From Candidatus Micrarchaeota archaeon (lineage in GTDB: Archaea > Micrarchaeota > Micrarchaeia > Micrarchaeales > CABMGC01), in the NCBI GenBank assembly GCA_021850805.1, contig JAJZKO010000001.1, positions 45,885 through 109,884 on the forward strand: DNA of 64,000 nt, read 5' to 3'. Below, in pieces: positions 20,484-30,426 of the stretch. Numbering within the stretch: position 1 is the first letter of the stretch; the number at the start of each line of letters is the position of its first letter. A model generated the notes under the pieces. That model saw nothing but the letters and a program-made list of their open reading frames with translations. It made no database searches and was not told the origin of the DNA. Position numbers and translations under genes: made by a program.

Positions 20484-20759
20484 ATGGATAGGAGCATTAA
20501 TTGCAAAATGCGAAGCATGGCGGGAAGACTGGTACCTACAGATGTAAGGGCTGCTTTTGTTCTGGTGCACAGATTGAAGGGGCAGGGATCTCTTGAGTAT
20601 ATAATGATGATATCGGCTGCGAGCATGGTGGTTCTCATAGCCCTCGCGATGATAATAAAGTTCAAGGGAGCAGTGAGCACAAGCACAATGGTAAACGGCA
20701 CCAACACTAGCGTTTACTCTGCAATAGCCGGGGACTTGTCCTCGCTCTCGAGGTCTTAG
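20484..20759 (+). CDS. Type IV pilin-like protein (start uncertain)
   Basis: KG/QGSLEYIMM class III signal peptide followed by a hydrophobic helix. Confidence 0.75.
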   Translation: MDRSINCKMRSMAGRLVPTDVRAAFVLVHRLKGQGSLEYIMMISAASMVVLIALAMIIKFKGAVSTSTMVNGTNTSVYSAIAGDLSSLSRS

Positions 20760-20762
20760 CCC

Positions 20763-21125
20763 ATGAAAGCACAGATGTCACTTGAGTTTATGCTTTATGT
20801 GGCTTTGGGCGGGCTGGCGCTCTTAGCCGCACTCGGAATTGCAACAGGGAGGGAAGCAGGGTTGAATGTCAGCATACAGAGGTTCGAACTCTCTTCGCTG
20901 GTTGCAGAGATAAACGGGGATATTGCAGCAGGATCAGGGTTTGCCGAGGCATATGTGCCAGCATCTTTCTGCAATGCAAGTGCAGAAGGCGATGAACTCG
21001 TAACCGCGTATGGCTCCTTCGGCTTCCTGGAGAGGGTTGCCATCTACAGGCAGTCCCCGTGCGGAGGATACATGAATATCCCTATAATTTACACAGGCTT
21101 CGGAAACGCTACCCTGGTGATATGA
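20763..21125 (+). CDS. Pilin-like protein
   Basis: MKA/QMSLEF class III signal peptide. Confidence 0.8.
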   Translation: MKAQMSLEFMLYVALGGLALLAALGIATGREAGLNVSIQRFELSSLVAEINGDIAAGSGFAEAYVPASFCNASAEGDELVTAYGSFGFLERVAIYRQSPCGGYMNIPIIYTGFGNATLVI

Positions 21126-21320
21126 ATTAGGCTTCAGATTAGCATTGAGATGATGGTGCAGATGCTTATAGCACTCTCAGCGTCTGCCTTGGTAATTACG
21201 GCTGCACATGCAATTGCTGCAGGGCATTTGAATGCGGCCCTTGCAGGAACCTACGCGGATGCGTACAACGCATCAAGCTCTCTTGCTGCATCATGCAGCT
21301 GCATTGGGATGGGAGGATGA
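21126..21320 (+). CDS. Hidden pilin-like ORF (ATT start or frameshifted ATG)
   Basis: IRL/QISIEMMVQMLIALSASALVI...SCSCIGMGG*; fills the gap exactly, and its TGA overlaps the next ATG. Confidence 0.55.
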   Translation: MRLQISIEMMVQMLIALSASALVITAAHAIAAGHLNAALAGTYADAYNASSSLAASCSCIGMGG

Positions 21321-21640
21321 TACTCACTATTGACATGCTTATTGGTCTTGCGTTCGTGCTGCTTGCAGCTGCGCTCTTGCTCGGTTCTTACGCATTTGCA
21401 TCTGCACAGGTGTTGCGCCTAGCCGATTACTCGCTCGCTTATGAGCTCTTTGCAGCGCATTCGCAGGAAGCGGTGGCTGCAGTATATGCTGCAAATCTCA
21501 CATACCCTAGGGCAGAGAGCATCCTTTCTGCGTACGGATATAAACTTAGTAACCTTTCCAGGTATGATAAGTGCGGAATTGCCAGCCCTTGCAGGATAGT
21601 TGTAGTATCAGGCAGGGAGATGATTTTGGTGGGGCAATGA
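21317..21640 (+). CDS. Minor pilin-like membrane protein
   Basis: MILTIDMLIGLAFVLL N-terminal helix; ATGA-coupled on both sides. Confidence 0.6.
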   Translation: MILTIDMLIGLAFVLLAAALLLGSYAFASAQVLRLADYSLAYELFAAHSQEAVAAVYAANLTYPRAESILSAYGYKLSNLSRYDKCGIASPCRIVVVSGREMILVGQ

Positions 21641-22908
21641 GATTTCAGGCAAGTTTGGAATTTCTGATAGTAGCATCTTCACTGGTTGCCCTCTGTGCTG
21701 CCGCACTTGTGTTTTACATGGGCAGCCCTGCGCTTGCAGCCATAAAGTCATTTGCATCTTATAATTCGCCAACCCAGCAGGCATACAATGGAGTATACTC
21801 ACCGGAAGGAATCCCTGAGGTGTCATGGTCCCTAGGAGGCGGTTTTGAAAAAGGCGTGGAAGGGACTTTTTACATCGTATTCTATGGCTGCGCGCAGGAA
21901 GGCGTGAAGTTGTATCTTAACTCAGGAAGCGGCAGCCTGGCGGATTCATCATACAGAATCAACTTCTCAGGGCCTTATATACTGCAGGGGCACTTTACCC
22001 CATATAATCAAGGCACGTTCGCCATCAATGCGACATATTCAATTCTGTGTGGCGGAAGTTCATATGGAAATTCCATGATAATACGAGGGTATGCCACAGG
22101 GTCTGGATACGGTGGTGGAGCGTCTTTCAGTGTGGTGGACCTGTCGCAGAATGTAAGTGCATATTATCCTGCGCCAAGCGCAGGCGGCGGCATGTATTAT
22201 ACGGCAGAAGGATCACATTGCACATACTATGATTTTTGGGACCAGGCCGAGAGCGTAGCCCAGCAGTGCGGAACGTCAGATGCGTGGGATTATATGGTCT
22301 TCTCGAATTACTGCTATGCGGACAAGGGAATAATAAGCAAGGTTTACTGTGCGCGGAAGTCAGGCGGGTACGGGATTGCGAGCAACTCAACAGCAATCAA
22401 CTACAGTTACAGGCTAAGCCTCTCGGTGGAGACGCAGCGTGGGGTTATAAACACCACAATTGCTTCAGGAGAGAAGAATGCGAGCGTATATCTGGGAGGC
22501 AGCATTGTCGGAAGTGCATATTCTAGTATGTCTTCGCCTCCGCCTGGGTTTTATGCGATTGCAGGAAATGGAGAGGAATACATCCTCAGTCAGACATCCT
22601 ACAGTTCGTTACTATACGCGGAGCGATACGCATCCGGCCTCCTTGCCTATTATAACTCTACGGAGGTGACATCAGGTGATAGTGCGCAGATACAGGAAGC
22701 GATAGGCAGCGAGGGGGATATGTACCAGAAAGCATTGTCCGGGCTTGGCGCTACAGGAAGATACTGCAGGATCGAAGGGAATATGAGCCTGTGCTATGGA
22801 ATAAAAAATGCCAGTTTCGCCATATACATCTCCCTTCCAGAAGGATTCGGGGGCATTAACGGCAGCTCTGCATATGACGGATCAGAAGTTTATGTAAATG
22901 AAGGGTAG
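21637..22908 (+). CDS. Large pilin-like/adhesin protein
   Basis: MRF/QASLEF signal; Tyr/Ser/Gly/Cys-rich extracellular domain with many N-x-S/T sequons. Confidence 0.72.
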   Translation: MRFQASLEFLIVASSLVALCAAALVFYMGSPALAAIKSFASYNSPTQQAYNGVYSPEGIPEVSWSLGGGFEKGVEGTFYIVFYGCAQEGVKLYLNSGSGSLADSSYRINFSGPYILQGHFTPYNQGTFAINATYSILCGGSSYGNSMIIRGYATGSGYGGGASFSVVDLSQNVSAYYPAPSAGGGMYYTAEGSHCTYYDFWDQAESVAQQCGTSDAWDYMVFSNYCYADKGIISKVYCARKSGGYGIASNSTAINYSYRLSLSVETQRGVINTTIASGEKNASVYLGGSIVGSAYSSMSSPPPGFYAIAGNGEEYILSQTSYSSLLYAERYASGLLAYYNSTEVTSGDSAQIQEAIGSEGDMYQKALSGLGATGRYCRIEGNMSLCYGIKNASFAIYISLPEGFGGINGSSAYDGSEVYVNEG

Positions 22909-22914
22909 GCTTTA

Positions 22915-23298
22915 ATGAAGGCGCAACTTGCAACTGCAGAGGCTCTCATTGCTCTCTCTGCCGTTATATTTTTTTCCGCATATGCCATGCGTGCTTATTC
23001 TTCGTATCTTACGGAGACGCGAAGTGATGTAGGCTCATTGTCTTATAATATGGCTTTCTACGACTTTGTACATATGGCATATTCCAATGCAACCACAGGT
23101 GAATGCGTGGATTCATACATATCCAATGGTTCAGGTTGCGTTGAGAAGATATATTCGGCTATGGAGAGCATATACGGAATAGAGAATGTTAGCCTCTTTG
23201 TAGCAGGAGGAGAGAAGAGCGGCGGTCACGCATTATACGTGAGGTGCTTCCCATACGGCGAAGGTGGAAAATACCTTCTTTGTCTGTCTGCAGGTTAG
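22915..23298 (+). CDS. Pilin-like protein
   Basis: MKA/QLATAEAL class III-like signal. Confidence 0.7.
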   Translation: MKAQLATAEALIALSAVIFFSAYAMRAYSSYLTETRSDVGSLSYNMAFYDFVHMAYSNATTGECVDSYISNGSGCVEKIYSAMESIYGIENVSLFVAGGEKSGGHALYVRCFPYGEGGKYLLCLSAG

Positions 23299-23302
23299 TT
23301 CT

Positions 23303-23575
23303 ATGGGATTTTATGGCATAGTCTTACTGTCGTTTGTTGTGGCGGCGACGCTGCTTCTATCCTCGCTTAATTCAGACCTTGGTTACTCCTTAGGGACCGA
23401 ACTGCAGGGCTTCCGCATCTCAGGGTACATATCGACAGCCTCGGAGATGTATCTTGCACACGTATGCCTTGGAAATGGATGTGCATACCTGAATGCAACA
23501 TTCCTGCCGGAAGGCGTATACAGGATAGGGGACATGGTTTCCTCCTCTGGTGGCTATTGGTACAATTTCTCATAG
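23303..23575 (+). CDS. Small secreted/membrane protein, last gene of pilus operon
   Basis: MGFYGIVLLSFVVAATLLL N-terminal hydrophobic helix. Confidence 0.55.
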   Translation: MGFYGIVLLSFVVAATLLLSSLNSDLGYSLGTELQGFRISGYISTASEMYLAHVCLGNGCAYLNATFLPEGVYRIGDMVSSSGGYWYNFS

Positions 23576-24967
23576 GACAGCTGCCACGTGCGAGAAGAGA
23601 TATGAAGCCGCAGAGGAAGATACGGATATTATTGGGATTGGATAGATTCCGAACAGTATCGTTGCAACGAGGCATATGCATACCACCGCCTTTACCCTGG
23701 GAGGTATGTTGAACTGCCTCGCGCTCCTTCCTTTTGAGTACGAGGCTATGAGAAGCCTGAAGTAATAGTAGATGGATATTACGCTGTTTATTATTCCTAT
23801 TATGGCCAGCCAGTAAAGGCCAGAGTTTACGGCGCTCAGGAAGAGCAGGAACTTGCCTATGAATCCCATAGTAAATGGTATTCCTATGAATGAGAACATG
23901 AATATCGCAAGCGCGAACGCTGCAAGCCGATTCTCCGATGAGAGTCCAGCCATGTCAGATATCTTAGTTCGGCCGCGGCTCTCCATGAGTGCGAATATGG
24001 CGAATATGCCTATGAACGCAAAGGAATGCGCAAATATCTGGAAGAGGCTCGCCGTGATGCCCTGTGCAGAGTCTGCGGCTATGCCTATGAGTATGTACCC
24101 AGCCTGGGATATTGACGAGTATGCGAAGAGCCGCTTTATCCCTGATTGGGAGAGCGCGGGAAGGTTGCCGTAGAACATCGTTACTGTTGATAGCAGAGCC
24201 ACGGCTATGAAGAGCCCGCTGTATGCAAAGAATAAAAGCACCATTATCTGTATTAGTGCCGCGAAGCCCACTTTCTTGTTAATGCCGCCAAGCATGGCGG
24301 TTAGATATGGGCGCGAACCCTCGTAAACATCAGGTATGAGTATGTTAAAGGGGAAGATAGATGCGTCAAAGCTCAGGGAGGCTATGAAGATGAATGCGGC
24401 AAAGACCAGCGCGCCCTCCTGAAGCGCAGGCGAGAGGGCGAGTGAATTCGTTAGTACGTAATAAAGACCTGCGGCGAAGGCAAATACAGCTATTGATATT
24501 GAGGCCATTATGAAGAACTTCACTGCGGGTTCTATGCTTTTCCTCTCGAGAAGTATGGCAAATGTGGTAGGTATGCTGGTGAGCTCAAGGCCTATGAACA
24601 GACTTACAAGGGATGTGGAGGATGCAACGAGTATCATGCCGAGCAGAGCAAAATCTGACATGAGCGCGAAGTCAGCATAATTGGATGAGTATTCATATGC
24701 AAGGAGGTTTACCAGAAGCATGCCGAATGAGAAGAGGAAGAAGAGGAGCGTTGAGAACGCATTGAAGGATATCCCTACAAAGACATCCGGAATGGAACCT
24801 GCTATTATCAGGTATACAGAGAGAGTAACAAGCGCCAGGAGCATTATGGTATTGTAGATGAACTGCGTGCGCCTCCTTCCTGAGAGCCTTATGGCCAGCG
24901 CTCCGAAGAGGAGCAGCAATGATGCGCAGAGGAATGCAATGTCTGCGTAAGAGTATGTTATTGGCAT
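23570..24967 (-). CDS. nuoN: NADH-quinone oxidoreductase-like subunit N
   Basis: GLEL, PDVYEG, IKRLFAYSSISQAGY, GIPFTMGFIGKF. Confidence 0.88.
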   Translation of the reverse strand: MPITYSYADIAFLCASLLLLFGALAIRLSGRRRTQFIYNTIMLLALVTLSVYLIIAGSIPDVFVGISFNAFSTLLFFLFSFGMLLVNLLAYEYSSNYADFALMSDFALLGMILVASSTSLVSLFIGLELTSIPTTFAILLERKSIEPAVKFFIMASISIAVFAFAAGLYYVLTNSLALSPALQEGALVFAAFIFIASLSFDASIFPFNILIPDVYEGSRPYLTAMLGGINKKVGFAALIQIMVLLFFAYSGLFIAVALLSTVTMFYGNLPALSQSGIKRLFAYSSISQAGYILIGIAADSAQGITASLFQIFAHSFAFIGIFAIFALMESRGRTKISDMAGLSSENRLAAFALAIFMFSFIGIPFTMGFIGKFLLFLSAVNSGLYWLAIIGIINSVISIYYYFRLLIASYSKGRSARQFNIPPRVKAVVCICLVATILFGIYPIPIISVSSSAASYLFSHVAAVL

Positions 24968-26764
24968 TTATATTACCAGATAAGCGTAAATGAACAGGAG
25001 CAGGAGTCCGACGCTGAATGCAAGGGCGTAGTTGTTTATATTTCCAGATGAAACTCTGCGCACAATGTTGCCAGTCTGTATCACGTCCCTGCCGAAGGTG
25101 TCTATTGAGTAATTCAGGTACGAATCGAATATATATGCCCCTGAACCTACGAGAGTCAGGAGTGATGCCGCGGCCTCGTAAAGCCTGTTGAATGCATACC
25201 TGGTGTATATAACCCCGTGAGGCAGAGTAGTTCCTGCAGGTGCCTTATGGCGCCAGTACAGCACATACGCCGCTCCTAAGCCTATTATTGCTATTGCGGT
25301 CTCTATGAGCGCGTCTGTAATGTGAATGCCCAATGCACCTGAACTGAAGTATTGCGGATAGCCTGAGAGATACGCAGGGCTCATGAGGAATATGGCGAAG
25401 CCTATTGAAGCAAGAGAGAGCAGTGCAAGGATTGCCATTGGATATGACATGCTCTTTGCAGTCGCCTTGTACTTTATCCCGGGCATCACACGGCCAGGGC
25501 TCTTTGAAGGGTATGCGAACCACCTGAATATGTAGAGGCTTGTGAGAAACGCTATGGCGGAAAAGAATATGTAGAATGGTGAAGTGTAGGATGATACGGA
25601 GTATCCTATAAATGTATTTACGAAGAATCCGGAGAACGGGAGTATGCCGGCAATGGATAGAACTGATACAGCTGTGGTAACATATACTATCCTATTTGAC
25701 TTCATCCCTGCGGAATCGTACAGGCTCTCGCTCTCGGACGCCTCCATTGCCGTTCCTGATCCGAAGAATACAAGGGCTTTGTAGAAGCTCTGGACGAAGA
25801 AGAAGAATATTGCGGCAAGGTATGCGCCTATGCCTACCAGGACAAGCATAAGGGACAGCTCCTGGACTGTTGAGTATGCTATTATTTTCTTTATATGCGT
25901 CTCCCTGAGCGCATTTAAAGTTGAGAGCACAGCAGTTATCAGTCCGAAGGCGAGTATAATCTCCTGCAGAGTGGGGCCGAAGGCAAGGAATATAGGAAGC
26001 AGGGATATGACAGCAAAGACGCCTGCCTTTACCATCGTGCTTGAATGCAGGAATGCGGATACCGGGGTGGGCCCTTCCATTGCATCCGCAAGCCATTCGT
26101 GGAAAGGAAACTGTGCGGATTTTGTAAATACTGCAACGAGAAGCAGGAGAGCGCCAGAATATTCTAGCACCGTAGGCGTGTACCCAGAAGCGCCAAGAGC
26201 GCTTATGATTGTTGAGAACTGGAGCGTATGGAAAGATACGAAGAATATCACTATTGCGGAGAATAGGGAGATGTCGCCTATGAAGACGATGCTCAGCGCT
26301 TTTCTTGCTGCGTGTGCTGCGGAGCGGCGCGAGTACCAGAATCCTATCAGCATGTAGCTCATAAGCGTAAGGAACTCCCACGCGATGAAGAAAGACACGA
26401 AGTTCGCGCTTATCGCGAAGAGAACCATGGCGGCTTCGAATATAAGCATTTCCGAATAGAAGCGCCTGTGCTCGCTCAGCTTATCCATGTAACCTGCAGA
26501 ATAAGCCATTATGAGCGGCCCTATTACCAGTACGGCCAGGAGGAGGACGAAATTAAGCGGCGCTATCTGGGTGGATATGCTCAGGGTTACCCCCTGCAGC
26601 GAGAGCCAAGTAAGACTTGATGCACTGTGTGATACGAAAGGAAGCAGGAGAAGCGAGATGATGCTGAGGGCAAAAGCAACATACTTGGCGTTCTTTGCGC
26701 CTGGCACTATCAGCGAGAGCAGGGCGCCGAGAAGCAGCGGGAGAAGGAGTATAAGGGCCAGCAT
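24968..26764 (-). CDS. nuoL: NADH-quinone oxidoreductase-like subunit L
   Basis: FFIAWE, KSAQFPFHEWLADAMEGPTPVSAFLHSSTMVKAG. Confidence 0.92.
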   Translation of the reverse strand: MLALILLLPLLLGALLSLIVPGAKNAKYVAFALSIISLLLLPFVSHSASSLTWLSLQGVTLSISTQIAPLNFVLLLAVLVIGPLIMAYSAGYMDKLSEHRRFYSEMLIFEAAMVLFAISANFVSFFIAWEFLTLMSYMLIGFWYSRRSAAHAARKALSIVFIGDISLFSAIVIFFVSFHTLQFSTIISALGASGYTPTVLEYSGALLLLVAVFTKSAQFPFHEWLADAMEGPTPVSAFLHSSTMVKAGVFAVISLLPIFLAFGPTLQEIILAFGLITAVLSTLNALRETHIKKIIAYSTVQELSLMLVLVGIGAYLAAIFFFFVQSFYKALVFFGSGTAMEASESESLYDSAGMKSNRIVYVTTAVSVLSIAGILPFSGFFVNTFIGYSVSSYTSPFYIFFSAIAFLTSLYIFRWFAYPSKSPGRVMPGIKYKATAKSMSYPMAILALLSLASIGFAIFLMSPAYLSGYPQYFSSGALGIHITDALIETAIAIIGLGAAYVLYWRHKAPAGTTLPHGVIYTRYAFNRLYEAAASLLTLVGSGAYIFDSYLNYSIDTFGRDVIQTGNIVRRVSSGNINNYALAFSVGLLLLFIYAYLVI

Positions 26765-26765
26765 G

Positions 26766-27080
26766 CTACCACTTAAGTTTTGAGAGCTTCCTTACGTCGA
26801 AGTCTATCCTGTTTGCCTTCATGTAGACATAGAATGTTATCAGGGTTATTATCTCCACTGCAGCTACAGCCCATATCCCGATGAGCATTACAACTGCAGC
26901 GGGATTTGGGGATTGATACAGGGAGAATCCGCCTATTACCAGGATTGTGTCTGCAACGAATATGAGTTCTATCCCAAGCATTATGGCTATGAAGTGCCTG
27001 TCGGAGAGCAGGCCTGCAAGGGCTATCCCCAATATCAGAACGGCACTCGCTACGATATATGTGGATAGTATCATTTTCAC
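26766..27080 (-). CDS. nuoK: NADH-quinone oxidoreductase-like subunit K
   Basis: 3 TM, MLGIELI and VAAVE motifs, operon position. Confidence 0.85.
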   Translation of the reverse strand: MKMILSTYIVASAVLILGIALAGLLSDRHFIAIMLGIELIFVADTILVIGGFSLYQSPNPAAVVMLIGIWAVAAVEIITLITFYVYMKANRIDFDVRKLSKLKW

Positions 27081-27559
27081 ACCAGGCGTATCTGCTTCCG
27101 TATCAGGAGCACTGTGCCTATAGTAGAAGAGAATAGGAGAATGATTATAAGATAAAGCAGGAATGCGTATGTTCCAGAAAATGCTGACGCAGCTGCGCTT
27201 ACGAGATTCTGATTAGAAGCCAGATACACCTGCGGCATTCTCAGCACCATAAGCGATAAGGCAGAGGTTATTATTATTGCACCTGCGGCGAAGTATGGCA
27301 TCTTGGATAAGTTGGCAGCTTTCTGTTCTGGGGATACGGCAACGACCAGATAGGTCGAGAGTCCACCGACAAATACGAAGAGCTGGAGGAAGGCGGCGAG
27401 TACCTGGTTCAGGAGTACGAATATGAATGCGCTTGCTGCGAATGCTATTACGAGCATGAGAACAGCGTATAGTATCTTCCTCTGTACAAAGAGCATTACT
27501 GATGCTGCAGCAAGGATAAATGCGGTTACATCGAAGGCGTACTGCAATAGCATTCCCAC
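27077..27559 (-). CDS. nuoJ: NADH-quinone oxidoreductase-like subunit J
   Basis: AFLQLFVFVGG motif, operon position. Confidence 0.85.
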   Translation of the reverse strand: MGMLLQYAFDVTAFILAAASVMLFVQRKILYAVLMLVIAFAASAFIFVLLNQVLAAFLQLFVFVGGLSTYLVVAVSPEQKAANLSKMPYFAAGAIIITSALSLMVLRMPQVYLASNQNLVSAAASAFSGTYAFLLYLIIILLFSSTIGTVLLIRKQIRLV

Positions 27560-27563
27560 AAAC

Positions 27564-27932
27564 CTACTCCAAATCCTCAGGCCTCTTCAGGAGGCTCCTC
27601 TTGTCGTATGCACCATAATCATAGTTCTTGCTTAGGGTAAGGCACTTCGGCGGGCAGACCTCCTCGCATAGGGCGCAGAAGAGGCACCTCTCTATCCCTA
27701 TCTGCGGCATCTTCTTCACGCCTTTGTCCGTTATGACCTCCACCATTGTTATAGTCTTGTTCGGGCATATCCTCTCGCATGCGAAGCAGCTTATGCATGT
27801 ATCCATGTCGAGGCGCAGCATGCCCCTGTAGTCGTCAGGCAGCGACTCGCGCTCCTCGGGAAATTCGGTTGTAAACCTTTTCTCGCCGAGGGCCTTTATA
27901 GATTTTGCTATTGGGCTTATCATTTCCTCCAC
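27564..27932 (-). CDS. nuoI: NADH-quinone oxidoreductase-like subunit I
   Basis: Two CxxCxxCxxxCP 4Fe-4S motifs, YRG. Confidence 0.92.
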   Translation of the reverse strand: MEEMISPIAKSIKALGEKRFTTEFPEERESLPDDYRGMLRLDMDTCISCFACERICPNKTITMVEVITDKGVKKMPQIGIERCLFCALCEEVCPPKCLTLSKNYDYGAYDKRSLLKRPEDLE

Positions 27933-27945
27933 TTATTCCCATTTC

Positions 27946-28965
27946 TCAGGCAAATATTATATATGCAATCACAAGGTTTATCAGGGATAGAGGTAGAAGC
28001 CATTTCCACCCGAACTTAAGTATGCTGTCTATCCTCATCCTTACCGTAGTTGCCCTTATTATTATTATGAATATGCTTATTACCGATGCTTTTGCAAGAA
28101 GCCATACTATTGGAGGGAGGAGAGGGCCTTCCCACCCTCCGAAGAATAGTATTGTTATAAGAAGGCTGCCAAGAAGCATCCTCGAGTAATCCAAGAACAG
28201 GGAGAGGGCGTAGTATGGAGCGCTCATGTCAGTGAGCCATCCGGCTATGAGCTCTGAGTCAGCCTCCCTCAAGTCGAATGGGGGCCTCTCGAGTTCTGCA
28301 AGCATGGTTATGAACAGGACTGCAAGCCCAAGGGGCATGAATATTGCAAATATGCCATTTGACTGAGCGCTTATTATGGATGCTATGTTGTAGCCGTGTG
28401 CTGCGATTCCCACAGCAGCAACAGCGAGTATCATTGGTAGTTCATAGCTCAGCAGTATAAGAACGGATCTCTGCGCGCTTATGTCAGCAAATTTGTTGCT
28501 GGTGCTGAATGCGGTTATGAATAGCAGGATGGGGGTGAAGGACAGTATAACGAAGATTATAAGAATGCCGAAAGCGAAGTTGGTTGCCTGAAGGGATGGT
28601 GCGAACGGTAGCAGCAAGACAAGGAATATGGAGACAGAGACGAGCAGAGGCAGGCCTATTATGTATAGGGTACGCTCAGCCGAGTCTGGTATTATATCCT
28701 CTTTTGCAAGGAGCTTCACTAGATCTGCGAAATTCTGTAGGATGCCAAACTTGCCCACATACGTAGGCCCGTGCCTGTGCTGCACCTTGGCTATCATCTT
28801 CCTCTCGAGCCAGCCGAATATGTATCCGAAGATTGATATTATTATTGCAACTATTATGGCGAATGCTATTATTCCCCCTACAGAATAGACCGGATTGGGC
28901 GAATTTATGTAAGAGGTCACATTCAGCCCCATGCCAAAGGGGATCTGCAGGTTATTTGTCAACAC
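27946..28965 (-). CDS. nuoH: NADH-quinone oxidoreductase-like subunit H
   Basis: ERKMIAKVQHRHGP, ERPPFDLREADSEL. Confidence 0.93.
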   Translation of the reverse strand: MLTNNLQIPFGMGLNVTSYINSPNPVYSVGGIIAFAIIVAIIISIFGYIFGWLERKMIAKVQHRHGPTYVGKFGILQNFADLVKLLAKEDIIPDSAERTLYIIGLPLLVSVSIFLVLLLPFAPSLQATNFAFGILIIFVILSFTPILLFITAFSTSNKFADISAQRSVLILLSYELPMILAVAAVGIAAHGYNIASIISAQSNGIFAIFMPLGLAVLFITMLAELERPPFDLREADSELIAGWLTDMSAPYYALSLFLDYSRMLLGSLLITILFFGGWEGPLLPPIVWLLAKASVISIFIIIIRATTVRMRIDSILKFGWKWLLPLSLINLVIAYIIFA

Positions 28966-30049
28966 AGCCCATCACCAGGTCGAGAGTTCCCATTATTCCG
29001 AACATATCTGCGGTGCGCTGCCCCTTCGCGAGGAAATTCAGGGCTGCCAGGTTTATGAAACTTGGAGACCTTATGGAGAGCCTGTAGGGCTTCTGCGCGT
29101 CGGCTACAAGATACATGATGCATTCTCCCCTAGGGAGCTCGCGGCTCACGATAGATATGCGGTTCTTTGCTGCGGGGAGTATCAGTTTTACAGGCATTCC
29201 GAGCGCATCTCCATCTGGGAGGGCTTTAATTGCTTCCCTTACTAGGCGTATGCTCTCCCTTATCTCCATCATCCTTACCTTATATCTGGCAAGATTATCT
29301 CCCGCCATCTGCACCTGCGTGGAGAAATGGAGTTTCTGGTATACGTAATAGGCCTTGTTCTTCCTCGCGTCAAAGTTCACCCCTGATGCGCGGAGCACGG
29401 GGCCGGTAACCCCAAGGTTCTTTGCATCGTCATATGAGAGTACGCCGACACCTTTCATTCTCTCCATGAATACAGGGTTCCTCTCCAGATACCTCTCGTA
29501 CTCTTTTACCCTCTTCTCCATGTAGTCCATAAGGCCCAGGGCATGATCAGCAAAGTCTGGCGGAAGGTCGCGCACCATTCCGCCTATCCTCATGTTTACA
29601 TAGAACATCCTCCCGCCTGCGGCTTCCTCAAGCAGATTCAGGACCATGTCCCTGTCCTGGAAGCCCCACATGAATGCGGTAAACATCTGCCCTATATCGT
29701 TGCACATTGTGCCTATCCAGAGCAGATGGCTTGCTATTCTCTGAAGCTCGAGAAGTATTACCCTTATGTACTGTGCGCGCTCCTTTACTTCTACCCCCAT
29801 TGCGGCTTCGACAGCGGCAACATAAACCTCATCGTATGACATTGGGGAGACGTAATCGAGCTTCTCCATGTAAGGAGGGTTCTGCATGAACATCCTGGTC
29901 TCTACAAGCTTCTCGACCCCGCGATGGAGGAATCCTATGTGCGGCTGGACATCGACTACAGTATCGCCATCTATATCTGCAACGAGGCGAAGAACTCCGT
30001 GGGTGCTTGGATGCACAGGGCCTATGTTTATCCTTGTTACCGCCATCAT
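28952..30049 (-). CDS. nuoD: NADH-quinone oxidoreductase-like subunit D
   Basis: GPVHPSTHGVLR, GFLHRGVEK, ELPRGE; no Ni-binding CxxC pairs. Confidence 0.93.
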   Translation of the reverse strand: MMAVTRINIGPVHPSTHGVLRLVADIDGDTVVDVQPHIGFLHRGVEKLVETRMFMQNPPYMEKLDYVSPMSYDEVYVAAVEAAMGVEVKERAQYIRVILLELQRIASHLLWIGTMCNDIGQMFTAFMWGFQDRDMVLNLLEEAAGGRMFYVNMRIGGMVRDLPPDFADHALGLMDYMEKRVKEYERYLERNPVFMERMKGVGVLSYDDAKNLGVTGPVLRASGVNFDARKNKAYYVYQKLHFSTQVQMAGDNLARYKVRMMEIRESIRLVREAIKALPDGDALGMPVKLILPAAKNRISIVSRELPRGECIMYLVADAQKPYRLSIRSPSFINLAALNFLAKGQRTADMFGIMGTLDLVMGCVDK

Positions 30050-30426
30050 TTAGCACCTTCTTCGTACGGCATGCCCCACTGGAAGGATTTCCTAAGCGGC
30101 GGTTGCTTGCCATCCCATTTCTCCAGAAGGAGCCTCTCCGCATTTCTCCCTACGATATTTATCCCGAACATTTCCGACATCTCGCGCTCGTACCAGTCAG
30201 CGGCGAGGAAGAGCTTCATTACGCTCGGAACCCATGCATCATCGGCTGGCATGGTGACCTCCACGATCTCTTCCTTGCCATCTTCTATGTTTTCAAGCAG
30301 GTATATTACGTCAAGGTGATCAGAGTAATCTACCGCGGTAATCTTCTCCAGATAATCAAATCCTGCTTTCTTCATCTCTGCAAGCTTTTCCTTAAGCAGT
30401 TCCCTCTCAATCTTCAATTTTTCCAC
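30046..30426 (-). CDS. nuoC: NADH-quinone oxidoreductase-like subunit C
   Basis: ADWYEREMSEMFGI, PPLRKSF. Confidence 0.92.
   Translation of the reverse strand: MEKLKIERELLKEKLAEMKKAGFDYLEKITAVDYSDHLDVIYLLENIEDGKEEIVEVTMPADDAWVPSVMKLFLAADWYEREMSEMFGINIVGRNAERLLLEKWDGKQPPLRKSFQWGMPYEEGAK

Noticed and set aside
28952..30049. Group 4 [NiFe] hydrogenase large subunit
   Set aside because: No N- or C-terminal CxxC nickel ligands; NuoD-type
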